Source of the DNA: an uncultured Gemmatimonadales bacterium
GTDB lineage: Bacteria; Gemmatimonadota; Gemmatimonadetes; Gemmatimonadales; GWC2-71-9
Length of the DNA: 64,000 nt
Direction of reading: 5' to 3'
NCBI GenBank assembly: GCA_963795085.1
Contig: CAWCFX010000001.1
Span: forward strand, 224,001 to 288,000
Positions 38,385 through 48,933 of this stretch are shown here, piece after piece. Every line of letters begins with the position of its first letter. Within the stretch, counting starts at the first letter, position 1. A program made the translations under genes and the position numbers. The notes below the pieces were generated by a model that saw nothing but the letters and a program-made list of their open reading frames with translations, was not told the DNA's origin and did no database searches.

Positions 38385-40754
38385 ATGGCACCGACTAAAG
38401 AGAAAACCACCAAGCCACGCAAGGCCAAGTCGGCCAAGCCGGCTGCTCCCCGCGCCACCCGCAGCAAGAAGGGCGGTGGGGCCGGGGGCGAGGCCGTCGC
38501 CGGCCGGGGGTCCCTGGTCATCGTCGAGTCTCCCACCAAGGCAAAGACGATCGGCAAGTACCTGGGTCGCGGGTTTGACGTGAAAGCGACGGTCGGCCAT
38601 GTCCGGGACCTGCCCACCCGGGAGCTGGGGGTGGACGTGGACCGGAATTTCGAGCCCAAGTACGTCACTATTAAAGGAAAGACCAAGACGCTGGCGGAGA
38701 TCAAGAAGGCGGCGAAGACGGCCAGCCAGGTCTTCCTGGCCACCGACCCGGACCGCGAGGGCGAGGCCATTGCCTGGCACGTCGCCGGGCAACTGGACAC
38801 CCAGGCGCCCATTCACCGGGTCCTCTTCGAAGAGATCACCAAGGCCGGGGTGGAGCGGGCCATGGCCAATCCGCAGGTAATTGACGACCGGAAAGTGGAT
38901 GCCCAGCAGGCCCGCCGCATCCTGGACCGGCTGGTCGGCTACAAGGCCAGCCCGATTCTCTGGAAGAGCATCCGGACCGGCCTGTCCGCCGGCCGGGTGC
39001 AGACCGTCGCGCTCCGGCTGATCGTGGAGCGGGAGCGGGAAATCCGCGCCTTTACCGCCGTCGAGTACTGGTCCATTGATGCGCTGTGCGCCAAGGGTGG
39101 CCAGACGTTCGAGGCGAGCCTGCACAAGATCGACGGCCATAAGCCGCAGCTGCACACCGAGGCGGAGGCCACCCGGGTCGTGGGCGATCTCAAGGCCATG
39201 CCCTTCGTGGTCTCCAAGGTGGAGAAGCGCCAGCGGAAGAAGCGGCCGGGCGCTCCGTTCACCACCAGCACGGTCCAGCAGGAAGCCGCGAAAAAGCTGA
39301 GTTTCTCCAGCCGCCGCACCATGCGCGCGGCCCAGGATCTCTACGAAGGCATCGACGTCGGCGAGGAAGGGCCGGTCGGCCTGATCACCTACATGCGGAC
39401 CGACTCCGTGCGGGTCTCGCCGGAAGCGATCACCGCGGTTCGCGATTTCATCACCGAGAAGTACGGCAAGCCCTACCTGCCGGATACCCCGAACGCCTAC
39501 ACCTCCAAGGCGGCCCGGGTCCAGGATGCCCACGAGGCCATCCGGCCGACCGACGTGCGCCGCCGCCCCGAGATGGTCGAGAAGTACCTGGAGCCCGACC
39601 AGTTCCGCCTCTACCAGCTGATCTGGCAGCGGTTCGTGGCGTCCCAGATGACGCCCGCCGTCTATGACATGACCATCGTGGACTTCGAGCTGGGCCGCTA
39701 CCTGGTCCGGGCTTCCGGGTCGGTGATGATCTTCGACGGCTACCACGTGCTGTACACCGAGGGCAGGGAAGCGGAAGAGGGCAAGACGATGGACGACCTC
39801 TCGCCGATTCCCCCCCTGGCCGTGGGCGACCAGGTCGAGGTCCGGGAGATCGTGCCCAACCAGCACTTCACCGAGCCGCCGCCCCGTTTCTCGGAAGCCA
39901 GCCTGGTCAAGGAGCTGGAACGGCTGGGCATCGGCCGGCCCTCGACCTACAGCGCCATCATCTCCACCCTCACCGCCCGGGAATACGTCCGCAACGAGCA
40001 GCGGCGGTTCTTTCCCACCGAACTGGGCGAGACGGTCGAAAAGGTGATGGTCGGCAAGTTTCCCGAGATCTTCAATGTCGAGTTCACCTCGCTCATGGAA
40101 GGCGAGCTGGACCGGATCGAGGATGCCGAGCTGGAGTGGCAGGATGTGCTCCGGAACTTCTACGGGCCCTTTACCAAGGCGCTGGAAGCGGTGGACATCA
40201 ACGCGCTGGTGATGGAAGCCCACGGGCTCCAGGACCTGGCCAGCGAGAAGTGCCCCAAGTGCGGCGCCGGGGTGGTGCTGAAGAGCGGGCGCTTCGGGCC
40301 CTATATCGCCTGCGTCAACTACAAGGACACCTGCGACTACGCCCAGTCGCTCAAGAAGCAGAAGGCCCCCGACAAGCCCACCGACGAGAAGTGCCACCTC
40401 TGCCAGTCGCCGATGGTGATCAAGACCGGCCGGTTCGGCGAGTTCCTCGCCTGCACCACCTATCCCAAGTGCAAGGGCACCCGCTCCATCTCGCTGGGGA
40501 TCAAGTGTCCCAAGTGCGAGGAAGGCGAGCTGGCGGAGCGGCGCACCAAGCGGGGTAAGTCGTTCTGGGGCTGCATCCGGTACCCGGCCTGCGATTTCTC
40601 CACGTGGAACAAGCCGGTGGCCGAGCCCTGTCCCTCCTGCGGATGGGTCGGCATGGAGAAGCGGATGAGCAAGGCGGAAGGGGAATCCCGGGTCTGCCTG
40701 AAGTGCGGCCACAAGGAGATCGTGGTCGATGCCGAGGAGGCGGCAGTGACGTGA
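38385..40754 (+). CDS. topA: DNA topoisomerase I
   Basis: IVESPTKAKTI, ATDPDREGEAI, SAGRVQ, ITYMRTDS, C-terminal Zn ribbons. Confidence 0.97.
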   Translation: MAPTKEKTTKPRKAKSAKPAAPRATRSKKGGGAGGEAVAGRGSLVIVESPTKAKTIGKYLGRGFDVKATVGHVRDLPTRELGVDVDRNFEPKYVTIKGKTKTLAEIKKAAKTASQVFLATDPDREGEAIAWHVAGQLDTQAPIHRVLFEEITKAGVERAMANPQVIDDRKVDAQQARRILDRLVGYKASPILWKSIRTGLSAGRVQTVALRLIVEREREIRAFTAVEYWSIDALCAKGGQTFEASLHKIDGHKPQLHTEAEATRVVGDLKAMPFVVSKVEKRQRKKRPGAPFTTSTVQQEAAKKLSFSSRRTMRAAQDLYEGIDVGEEGPVGLITYMRTDSVRVSPEAITAVRDFITEKYGKPYLPDTPNAYTSKAARVQDAHEAIRPTDVRRRPEMVEKYLEPDQFRLYQLIWQRFVASQMTPAVYDMTIVDFELGRYLVRASGSVMIFDGYHVLYTEGREAEEGKTMDDLSPIPPLAVGDQVEVREIVPNQHFTEPPPRFSEASLVKELERLGIGRPSTYSAIISTLTAREYVRNEQRRFFPTELGETVEKVMVGKFPEIFNVEFTSLMEGELDRIEDAELEWQDVLRNFYGPFTKALEAVDINALVMEAHGLQDLASEKCPKCGAGVVLKSGRFGPYIACVNYKDTCDYAQSLKKQKAPDKPTDEKCHLCQSPMVIKTGRFGEFLACTTYPKCKGTRSISLGIKCPKCEEGELAERRTKRGKSFWGCIRYPACDFSTWNKPVAEPCPSCGWVGMEKRMSKAEGESRVCLKCGHKEIVVDAEEAAVT

Positions 40755-42079
40755 ACGCCAGCGTGATCGGCGGGGGGCTGGCCGGGTCGGAAGCGGCCTG
40801 GGCCCTCGCCGAACGCGGGATCAACGTCGTGCTGTACGAGATGCGCCCGGTGGTGAAGACCCCGGCCCACCACACCGACCGGCTGGCCGAGATCGTCTGC
40901 AGCAACTCGTTCAAGTCCATCGAACTGGGCAACGCCCATGGCCTGCTCAAGGCCGAACTCCGCGCCCTGGGCAGCCTGCTGCTGGAGTGCGCCGACCTGG
41001 CGCGGGTGCCGGCCGGGGCCGCCCTCGCGGTGGACCGCGACATTTTTTCGGCCGAGGTGGACCGCCGGGTCCGGGCCCACCCCCGCATCGAAGTGCGGGT
41101 GGCGGAAGCGCGTGAAATCCCCAGTCCCGCCGTGATCGCGACCGGACCTCTCACCTCGGAACCCCTGGCCGCGGCGCTCGCCGCCCGGCTGGGCGCCGAG
41201 TCCCTCGCCTTCTACGATGCCATTGCCCCCATTGTCTCGGGCGAGTCGCTGGACCACGACCTGCTGTATGCTCTCTCCCGCTACGGCAAGGGCGACGGGG
41301 ACGACTACCTGAACGCCCCGCTCAGCCGGGAAGACTACGAAGCCTTCATTGACGCGCTCATCGCCGGGGACCAGTTCTCCGGGCACGAGTTCGACCAGGT
41401 GCCGTACTTTGAAGGCTGCCTTCCCATCGAGGAGATGGCCCGGCGGGGCCGGGAGACGCTCCGGTTCGGCCCCATGAAGCCGGTCGGTTTGCCCGACCCG
41501 CGCACCGGCCGGGAGCCCCATGCCGTGGTGCAGCTGCGCCGGGAGGACCGGGCCGGCCAGATGTGGAACCTGGTGGGTTTCCAGACCCGGCTCAGGATCC
41601 CGGAACAGCGCCGGGTGTTTGGCATGATTCCGGGGATGGCCGGTGCCGAGTTCCTGCGCTTCGGCAGCATTCACCGCAACTCCTACGTCAACAGCCCTCG
41701 CGCCCTCGGCCCGGCGCTGACGCTCAAGGACGACGACCAGGTGTTCCTGGCCGGGCAGATCACCGGCGTTGAGGGATACACCGAGTCGCTGGGGACCGGG
41801 CTGCTGGCCGGGATCAACCTGGCCCGCCGGCTCCTGGGCCAGCCCGCCGCCGTGCCGCCTCCCACTACCATGCTGGGGGGGCTCTACCGCTACCTCCGGG
41901 AAGCGGACCCGGCCCATTTCCAGCCGATGAACGCCAACTTCGGACTGCTGGACCCGCTGGAGACGCCGCGGCGAATCCGGAAGGACGCGCGGAAAGCCGC
42001 GCTGGTGGAACGCGCCCAGCACGACTTCGGCGCCTGGCTGGCAGCGCACGGCCTGGCCGGCACCCCGGTAGCGGGCTGA
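40751..42079 (+). CDS. trmFO: Folate/FAD-dependent tRNA (uracil-54-C5) methyltransferase
   Basis: GGGLAGSEAAW, LYEMRP, VCSNSF, FEGCLPIE, AGQITGVEGY. Confidence 0.95.
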   Translation: MNASVIGGGLAGSEAAWALAERGINVVLYEMRPVVKTPAHHTDRLAEIVCSNSFKSIELGNAHGLLKAELRALGSLLLECADLARVPAGAALAVDRDIFSAEVDRRVRAHPRIEVRVAEAREIPSPAVIATGPLTSEPLAAALAARLGAESLAFYDAIAPIVSGESLDHDLLYALSRYGKGDGDDYLNAPLSREDYEAFIDALIAGDQFSGHEFDQVPYFEGCLPIEEMARRGRETLRFGPMKPVGLPDPRTGREPHAVVQLRREDRAGQMWNLVGFQTRLRIPEQRRVFGMIPGMAGAEFLRFGSIHRNSYVNSPRALGPALTLKDDDQVFLAGQITGVEGYTESLGTGLLAGINLARRLLGQPAAVPPPTTMLGGLYRYLREADPAHFQPMNANFGLLDPLETPRRIRKDARKAALVERAQHDFGAWLAAHGLAGTPVAG

Positions 42080-42087
42080 CCGGGCCG

Positions 42088-42999
42088 GTGTCGCCCCAGC
42101 CGCTGGTCGCCGAATGGCTCGAGCACCTGGAGAAGGAGCGCCAGGTTTCGCCCCACACCGTGGCGGCGTACCGGCGGGACCTCGAGAGCTTCGTGGCGTT
42201 TGCCGGCCGGTACTATGACGGCCAGTGGGACTGGAAGTCGGTGGACCGCCTGGGACTGCGAGGCTTTCTCGGCGAGATGCAGCGCCGCGGCCTGGCCCGG
42301 CGCTCGGCGGCGCGGAGCCTGTCGGCGCTGCGCAGTTTCTATCGGTACCTGCAGGCCCACTGCGGCTACGATCTGAACCCGGTCAAGGGGACCCGGCTCC
42401 CCCGGCTGGACAAGCGGCTGCCGACCTATCTCGAGAAGGGGCAGACCGAATCGCTGTTCAAGAACGCGGAGACCGCCGCCCAGGCCGGCGACTTCGCCTC
42501 GCTCCGGGATATCGCGATCCTGGAGCTGTTCTATTCCAGCGGCCTCAGGCTCTCGGAGCTGGCGGGGCTGAGCTTGACCGACCTGGACCTGCTGTCCGAC
42601 CAGGTCAAGGTGCGGGGCAAGGGGCGCAAGGAGCGGATCGTCCCGGTGGGCGGGCGCGCGGTGCGGGTGCTGCGCCGGTACCTGGAGCGGCGCAACGAGT
42701 TCGCCGGGGCCCGGCCGGGCGACCGCCGGGCGGTGTTCATCAACCAGCGGGGCGGCCGGCTCTCGCCGCGCAGCATCCAGCGTTCCATGCACCGGCTGTT
42801 CGACGGGATCAGCGCCGACGGCATGCGGGTTCACTCGCTCCGGCACACTTTCGCCACCCACATGCTGGACGCGGGAGCCGACCTGCGGTCGGTGCAGGAG
42901 ATGCTGGGCCACGCGAGTTTGAGTACCACCCAGATCTACACCCACACCAGCGTGGAACGGCTGAAGAAAGTGTACCAGCAGGCGCATCCGAGGGCGTGA
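42088..42999 (+). CDS. xerC: Tyrosine recombinase XerC
   Basis: SGLRLSEL, GKGRKERIVP, HSLRHTFATH, LGHASLSTTQIY; topA-trmFO-xerC-hslVU synteny. Confidence 0.88.
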   Translation: MSPQPLVAEWLEHLEKERQVSPHTVAAYRRDLESFVAFAGRYYDGQWDWKSVDRLGLRGFLGEMQRRGLARRSAARSLSALRSFYRYLQAHCGYDLNPVKGTRLPRLDKRLPTYLEKGQTESLFKNAETAAQAGDFASLRDIAILELFYSSGLRLSELAGLSLTDLDLLSDQVKVRGKGRKERIVPVGGRAVRVLRRYLERRNEFAGARPGDRRAVFINQRGGRLSPRSIQRSMHRLFDGISADGMRVHSLRHTFATHMLDAGADLRSVQEMLGHASLSTTQIYTHTSVERLKKVYQQAHPRA

Positions 43000-43000
43000 G

Positions 43001-43064
43001 GTCAGTGGGTCAGTGGGTCAGTGAGTCAGTGGGTCAGTGAGTCAGTGGGTCAGTGGGTCAGTGG
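43001..43064. repeat. Octamer tandem repeat (GTCAGTGR) x8
   Basis: Direct reading; begins 2 bp after the xerC stop. Confidence 0.95.
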
Positions 43065-43086
43065 CCCTTAGAGTGTAAGGAAAGGA

Positions 43087-43638
43087 TTGTTCCAATTGCA
43101 GCGATATCAATTCAGGCATACCACGATTCTCGCGGTTCGCAGGGATGGCAAGGTGGCCCTGGGCGGCGATGGGCAGGTGAGTTTCGGCGAGACGGTGATG
43201 AAGTCGCGCGCCAACAAGGTCCGGGCGCTCAAGAACGGCAAGGTGCTGGCGGGGTTCGCCGGTTCGGTGGCCGACGCGATCACGCTGTTCGAGAAGTTCG
43301 AGGAGAAGCTGGACCGCTATCCCGGCAACCTTCCGCGAGCGTCGGTGGAGCTGGCCAAGGACTGGCGCAGCGACCGGGTGCTGCGCCGGCTGGAGGCACT
43401 GCTCGTGGTGGCCGATACCGATCACATCTTCCTGCTCAGCGGGGCGGGGGAGCTGATCGAACCCGACGACGGGATTCTCGCCATCGGCTCGGGCGGCAAC
43501 TTCGCCCTGGCCGCGGCCCGGGCGCTCATGACCAGTTCCAGCCTCACGGCCAGGGAGATCGTGCAGCGCGGGCTGGAAATCGCGGCCGATATCTGCGTCT
43601 ATACCAATCCGAACATTACGATTGTGGAGCCGGCGTAG
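43087..43638 (+). CDS. hslV: ATP-dependent protease peptidase subunit HslV
   Basis: [32 protein letters not shown]. Confidence 0.95.
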   Translation: MFQLQRYQFRHTTILAVRRDGKVALGGDGQVSFGETVMKSRANKVRALKNGKVLAGFAGSVADAITLFEKFEEKLDRYPGNLPRASVELAKDWRSDRVLRRLEALLVVADTDHIFLLSGAGELIEPDDGILAIGSGGNFALAAARALMTSSSLTAREIVQRGLEIAADICVYTNPNITIVEPA

Positions 43639-43733
43639 CGCATCGCGGGTAGCGGGTGCGCCACTGGCCGTTGCCCAGGAGCCAGCCGCCCCGTGTCATC
43701 CGCCATCGCCGGCCGCCCAATGAAAGCAGGCAT

Positions 43734-45215
<1,482 letters not shown>

Positions 45216-45348
45216 TGCAGCGTGCAGCGTGCAGCGTGCAGCGTGCAGCGTGCAGCGTGCAGCGTGCAGCGTGCAGCGTGCAGCGTGCAGCGTGCAGCGT
45301 GCAGCGTGCAGCGTGCTGAGGGCAGAGTACTGAGTACTGAGTACTGAG
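45216..45348. repeat. Heptamer tandem repeat (TGCAGCG) x14 grading into (TACTGAG) x3
   Basis: Direct reading; starts immediately after the hslU stop. Confidence 0.95.
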
Positions 45349-45390
45349 TGAAGTGTAATTCCGCATGACTACCCCACGAGGGGACACGGT

Positions 45391-46536
45391 GTGAGCCCGC
45401 TTTCCGACATCGAGTTGCTGGGCCGGCTGGTCGGGTTTGACTCGGTCAGCCGGAACAGCAACCTCCCGCTGGCCGACTTCATCTGCGACTACCTGGATGG
45501 CCGCGGGTTCCGGATTTCCCGGAACCCGAGTGCGGACGGGGAGAAGTCCAACGTGGTGGTGATGGCCGGGCCGGACGGCGACGAGCGCCGGAATGGGCTG
45601 ACGCTTTCCGGGCACATGGACGTCGTCCCCGCCGATGAGCCGGGCTGGGAGTCCGATCCTTTCACCCTGGCCGCCCGGGACGGCGCGCTCTACGGGCGCG
45701 GCGCCTGCGACATGAAGGGCTTCCTCGCCGTGGCGATGAACCGGATGGCCGCGGTGCCCCCGGCGAACCTCAAGGCTCCGCTCGCGCTGGTGTTCACCTA
45801 CGACGAAGAGGTCGGCACCATGGGCGCCCGGCGCCTGGTGGAGCACTGGCCCGATTCAGCCCGGCTCCCCCGGCGCACCATCATCGGAGAGCCCACCTCG
45901 ATGCGGGTGGCCCGGATGCACAAGGGACACATCAAGCTCCGCTTCACCTTTCCCGGGCGTAGCGCCCACAGCGGATACCCCCACCTCGGCAGGAACGCGA
46001 TCGAGCCGGCCGGCCGGGCGATCGTGGCCCTGTCCGAGCTTCGAGCGGCGCTGGAGGCTGAGCGGCCCCCGCTGGGCCACCACTTCGACCCGGTCCCCTT
46101 CGTCACGTTGAACATCGCCCAGGTCGGGGGAGGCGTGGCGGTCAATATCGTCCCCGACCGCTGCGTCCTGGATATCGGTTTCCGGCTGTTGCCCGGCATG
46201 GAGCGTGACCCCATGGTGGCGCGAATCCGCCAAACGGTTGCCGCCGCCGTTGGTACCGGAGACCTCGGGTTCGAGCTGGTGAATGAAAGTCCCCCCATGC
46301 TGCTCGATGGCCAGTCGGACGTCTTTCACGCTGCCTGCGCGGAGGCTCACCAGGCGGGTGAGCATACCATCGCGTTCACGACCGATGGCGGCTGGTTCAG
46401 CCGGGCCGGGTTGGATTGCGTCATATTCGGACCCGGTGCCATCGAGGTGGCCCACCGGCCCAACGAGTTCATTCCGGTGGCCGAGCTCGAGGCGTGTGCT
46501 GCGGCGCTCGGCCGGTTGATTCACCGATTCTGCTGA
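45391..46536 (+). CDS. argE: Acetylornithine deacetylase (M20 family)
   Basis: LSGHMDVVP, YGRGACDMKGF, YDEEVG, IGEPT, AHRPNEF. Confidence 0.85.
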   Translation: MSPLSDIELLGRLVGFDSVSRNSNLPLADFICDYLDGRGFRISRNPSADGEKSNVVVMAGPDGDERRNGLTLSGHMDVVPADEPGWESDPFTLAARDGALYGRGACDMKGFLAVAMNRMAAVPPANLKAPLALVFTYDEEVGTMGARRLVEHWPDSARLPRRTIIGEPTSMRVARMHKGHIKLRFTFPGRSAHSGYPHLGRNAIEPAGRAIVALSELRAALEAERPPLGHHFDPVPFVTLNIAQVGGGVAVNIVPDRCVLDIGFRLLPGMERDPMVARIRQTVAAAVGTGDLGFELVNESPPMLLDGQSDVFHAACAEAHQAGEHTIAFTTDGGWFSRAGLDCVIFGPGAIEVAHRPNEFIPVAELEACAAALGRLIHRFC

Positions 46537-46547
46537 CCAGGCAGACT

Positions 46548-47199
46548 GCCTCACCACGGAGGCACGGAATGCACGGAGGCTACACGGAATGCGTAGTGTT
46601 CGGTACCTCGGGATGGCTGGTTCCTTCAACTGCTTACCGCAGAGGTGCAAAGAACGCAAAGGAGCGCTGAGAGCAGCTCTGCTGATGCCGCGTTGCAACG
46701 ATTGATTGAGCGATTCTACTGAGCGGGGAAACAGCCTCACCATGGAGCCACGGATGCACGGAGGCTACACGGAATGCGTCGTGTTCGGTACGTCGGGATG
46801 GCTGGTTCCTTCAACTGCTTCACCGCAAAGGCGCAAAGAACGCAACGGAGCGCTGAGAACAGCTCTGCTGATGGGGGGAACGGCCTCACCACGGAGGCAC
46901 GGAATTGGCGGAGGCTGCACGGGGAAAAGCTCAGGGCTCGGTACTTCCGGGACGGCTGGTTCCTTCAACTGCTTCTCAAGCAAAGCGCCTTTGCGGTGAG
47001 CCGTTGCAGTTGCTGTTTGATCCAGTCGTTTGATGCGGACGGTGCACGGAAACGGGCAATCCAATGCGAGTGCCTCTGCGCTTCCTGGCGTTCTTTGTGC
47101 CTTTGCGGTAACGCAGTCGCAGTTGCTGTTGACCCAAATGCGTGATGCTAACGGTGCGCTTCCGTGCCGCCTCCGTGAACTCCGTGTCTTCGTGGTGAG
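46548..47199. repeat. Composite element: 2.5 direct copies of a ~140-bp unit followed by nested inverted complements
   Basis: Units start GCCTCACCAYGGAG at 46548, 46734, 46883; inverted arms at ~47074-47111 and 47160-47199. Confidence 0.9.
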
Positions 47200-47222
47200 C
47201 TTTTTTCCTCTGGAGATGACCC

Positions 47223-48515
47223 TTGCCGGTTCCCCGAATCGTTGAAGCTGACTGGACCTGGACCGGCAGGAACTTCGAGCCGGGGATACAGCTGTCGATC
47301 GATGCGCGAGGGATCATCGAGAATGTCGGCCGGCTTGGTGCGCCGGCCACCGAACGACTGGTGGGCCAGGCGCTGCTGCCCGGCATGATCAACGCCCACT
47401 CCCACGCCTTTCAGCGCGGGCTTCGGGGCCTGGGGGACCGGTTTCCCGAGGGCGCCGGTGATTTCTGGACCTGGCGGGAGGCGATGTACGACCTGGTGGA
47501 CCGGCTGGAGCCCGAATCGTTCCATCGGGTCTGCGTCCAGGCGTTTCGCGAGATGCTCGCCTCCGGCACCACCACGGTGGGCGAGTTTCACTACTTCCAT
47601 CATACCCGCGACACCCATGACTTCGCCTTTGACCGGCTGGTTCTCCAGGCGGCGAAGGAGGCCGGGATCCGCATGGTGCTGCTGCTGGCGTATTACCGCA
47701 CCGGCGGCATCGGCCGCCCGCTGGAAGGCGGCCAGCGCCGGTTTGCGACCACCAGCCCGGAGGAGTACTGGGCGGCGATGGACCGGTTGGTGCCGCACCT
47801 GGACTCGTCGCTCCAGACCGTGGGGGCGGTGGCGCACTCGATCCGCGCCGCCACGCCCCACGAGATCGGCGTCCTGCACCAGGAATCCCGCCGCCGGGGC
47901 CTGCCCTTTCATATCCACGTGGAGGAACAGCGGAAGGAGATCGAGGATTCGCTGGCCTGCTACGGGGCCCGGCCGATGGCCCTGCTCACCGGAACGCTGG
48001 CGGACTGCTCCAATGTCACCGCGATCCACTGTACCCATACCGAACCGGCGGACATGGACCGCTATCTCGACCAGGGAGGACGGGTCTGTCTCTGTCCGTT
48101 GACGGAGGGGAACCTGGGGGACGGGATTCCCCGGCTCGAAGCCGCCGGCCGCGCCGGCAACCGGCTCTGCCTGGGGAGCGATTCGAACAACCGGATCTCG
48201 ATGTTCGAGGACATGCGCTGGATGGAATACGGACAGCGGCTTGCCCGGCAGGGCCGCGGCGTCCTGCGCCCCGCCGATGGCTACGTCGGCCGGACCCTGT
48301 TCGAGGCGGCCACCATCGGCGGGGGTGCCGCGCTGGGGCTCTCCGCCGGGGCGCTGGCGCCGGGCGCCCCCGCGGACTTCTTCCTGCTGGATCTCTCCCA
48401 CGACCTGCTGGCGGGGTGGACGCCGGAGGGGCTGCTCGACATGATGATCTTCGGTTCCGATTCCTCCATCGTGGCCGCTACCGCCGTGGGCGGGCGGTGG
48501 GTGTACCGCCGCTAG
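47223..48515 (+). CDS. hutF: Formimidoylglutamate deiminase-like amidohydrolase
   Basis: NAHSHAFQR, DFWTWRE.MY, VGEFHY.HH, HSIRA, HIHVEEQ, CPLTEGNLGDG, LGSDSN. Confidence 0.82.
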   Translation: MPVPRIVEADWTWTGRNFEPGIQLSIDARGIIENVGRLGAPATERLVGQALLPGMINAHSHAFQRGLRGLGDRFPEGAGDFWTWREAMYDLVDRLEPESFHRVCVQAFREMLASGTTTVGEFHYFHHTRDTHDFAFDRLVLQAAKEAGIRMVLLLAYYRTGGIGRPLEGGQRRFATTSPEEYWAAMDRLVPHLDSSLQTVGAVAHSIRAATPHEIGVLHQESRRRGLPFHIHVEEQRKEIEDSLACYGARPMALLTGTLADCSNVTAIHCTHTEPADMDRYLDQGGRVCLCPLTEGNLGDGIPRLEAAGRAGNRLCLGSDSNNRISMFEDMRWMEYGQRLARQGRGVLRPADGYVGRTLFEAATIGGGAALGLSAGALAPGAPADFFLLDLSHDLLAGWTPEGLLDMMIFGSDSSIVAATAVGGRWVYRR

Positions 48516-48922
48516 GCTGCCGCCTTCTCGAGGTTGAGCATCCACTGGATGCCGAACCGGTCCCGGAGCATCCCGAAGCGCGCATTCCAGAACGTGTCCT
48601 GCAGCGGCATCACCACCTGGCCTCCCTCCGCCAGCTTGGCAAAACAGGCGTCCTGTTCCGGCTGGCTCTCGCAGTTGATCACGGTCCACACGTTGTCGCC
48701 CTGGGACACCGGCACTCCCGGCATCGGATCGGACGCCATGAGGACGGCGGTGCCGTTGCTGAGCCGGGCGTGCATGACGAGGTCGGCAGCGCCGGGCGGC
48801 GTCTCGCCGGGACCCTGGCCGAAGGTGCGGATATTCAGGTCGCCCCCGAAGCACCCCTGGTAGAAGGTCATCGCTTCGCGGCAGTTGCCGTCGAAGGTGA
48901 AGTAGGTCGTGAACGCTTTCAT
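48512..48922 (-). CDS. VOC/PhnB family protein
   Basis: YFTFDGNCREAMTFY, VMHARL, MPLQDTFW.ARFGMLRDRFGIQW. Confidence 0.9.
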   Translation of the reverse strand: MKAFTTYFTFDGNCREAMTFYQGCFGGDLNIRTFGQGPGETPPGAADLVMHARLSNGTAVLMASDPMPGVPVSQGDNVWTVINCESQPEQDACFAKLAEGGQVVMPLQDTFWNARFGMLRDRFGIQWMLNLEKAAA

Positions 48923-48933
48923 GCAAAGCTCCT

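Noticed and set aside
38307..40712. Long antisense ORFs (here and opposite pilS, pilQ, hslU, the MATE gene, gcvT and the GGDEF gene)
   Set aside because: Shadow ORFs expected from high-GC codon bias opposite well-supported genes
42088..42999. Tyrosine recombinase as a phage or integron integrase
   Set aside because: Size, motifs and topA-trmFO-xerC-hslVU context fit housekeeping XerC
46706..47392. ORFs across the argE-hutF repeat element
   Set aside because: Translations of repeats, with indels between copies and no recognisable protein family
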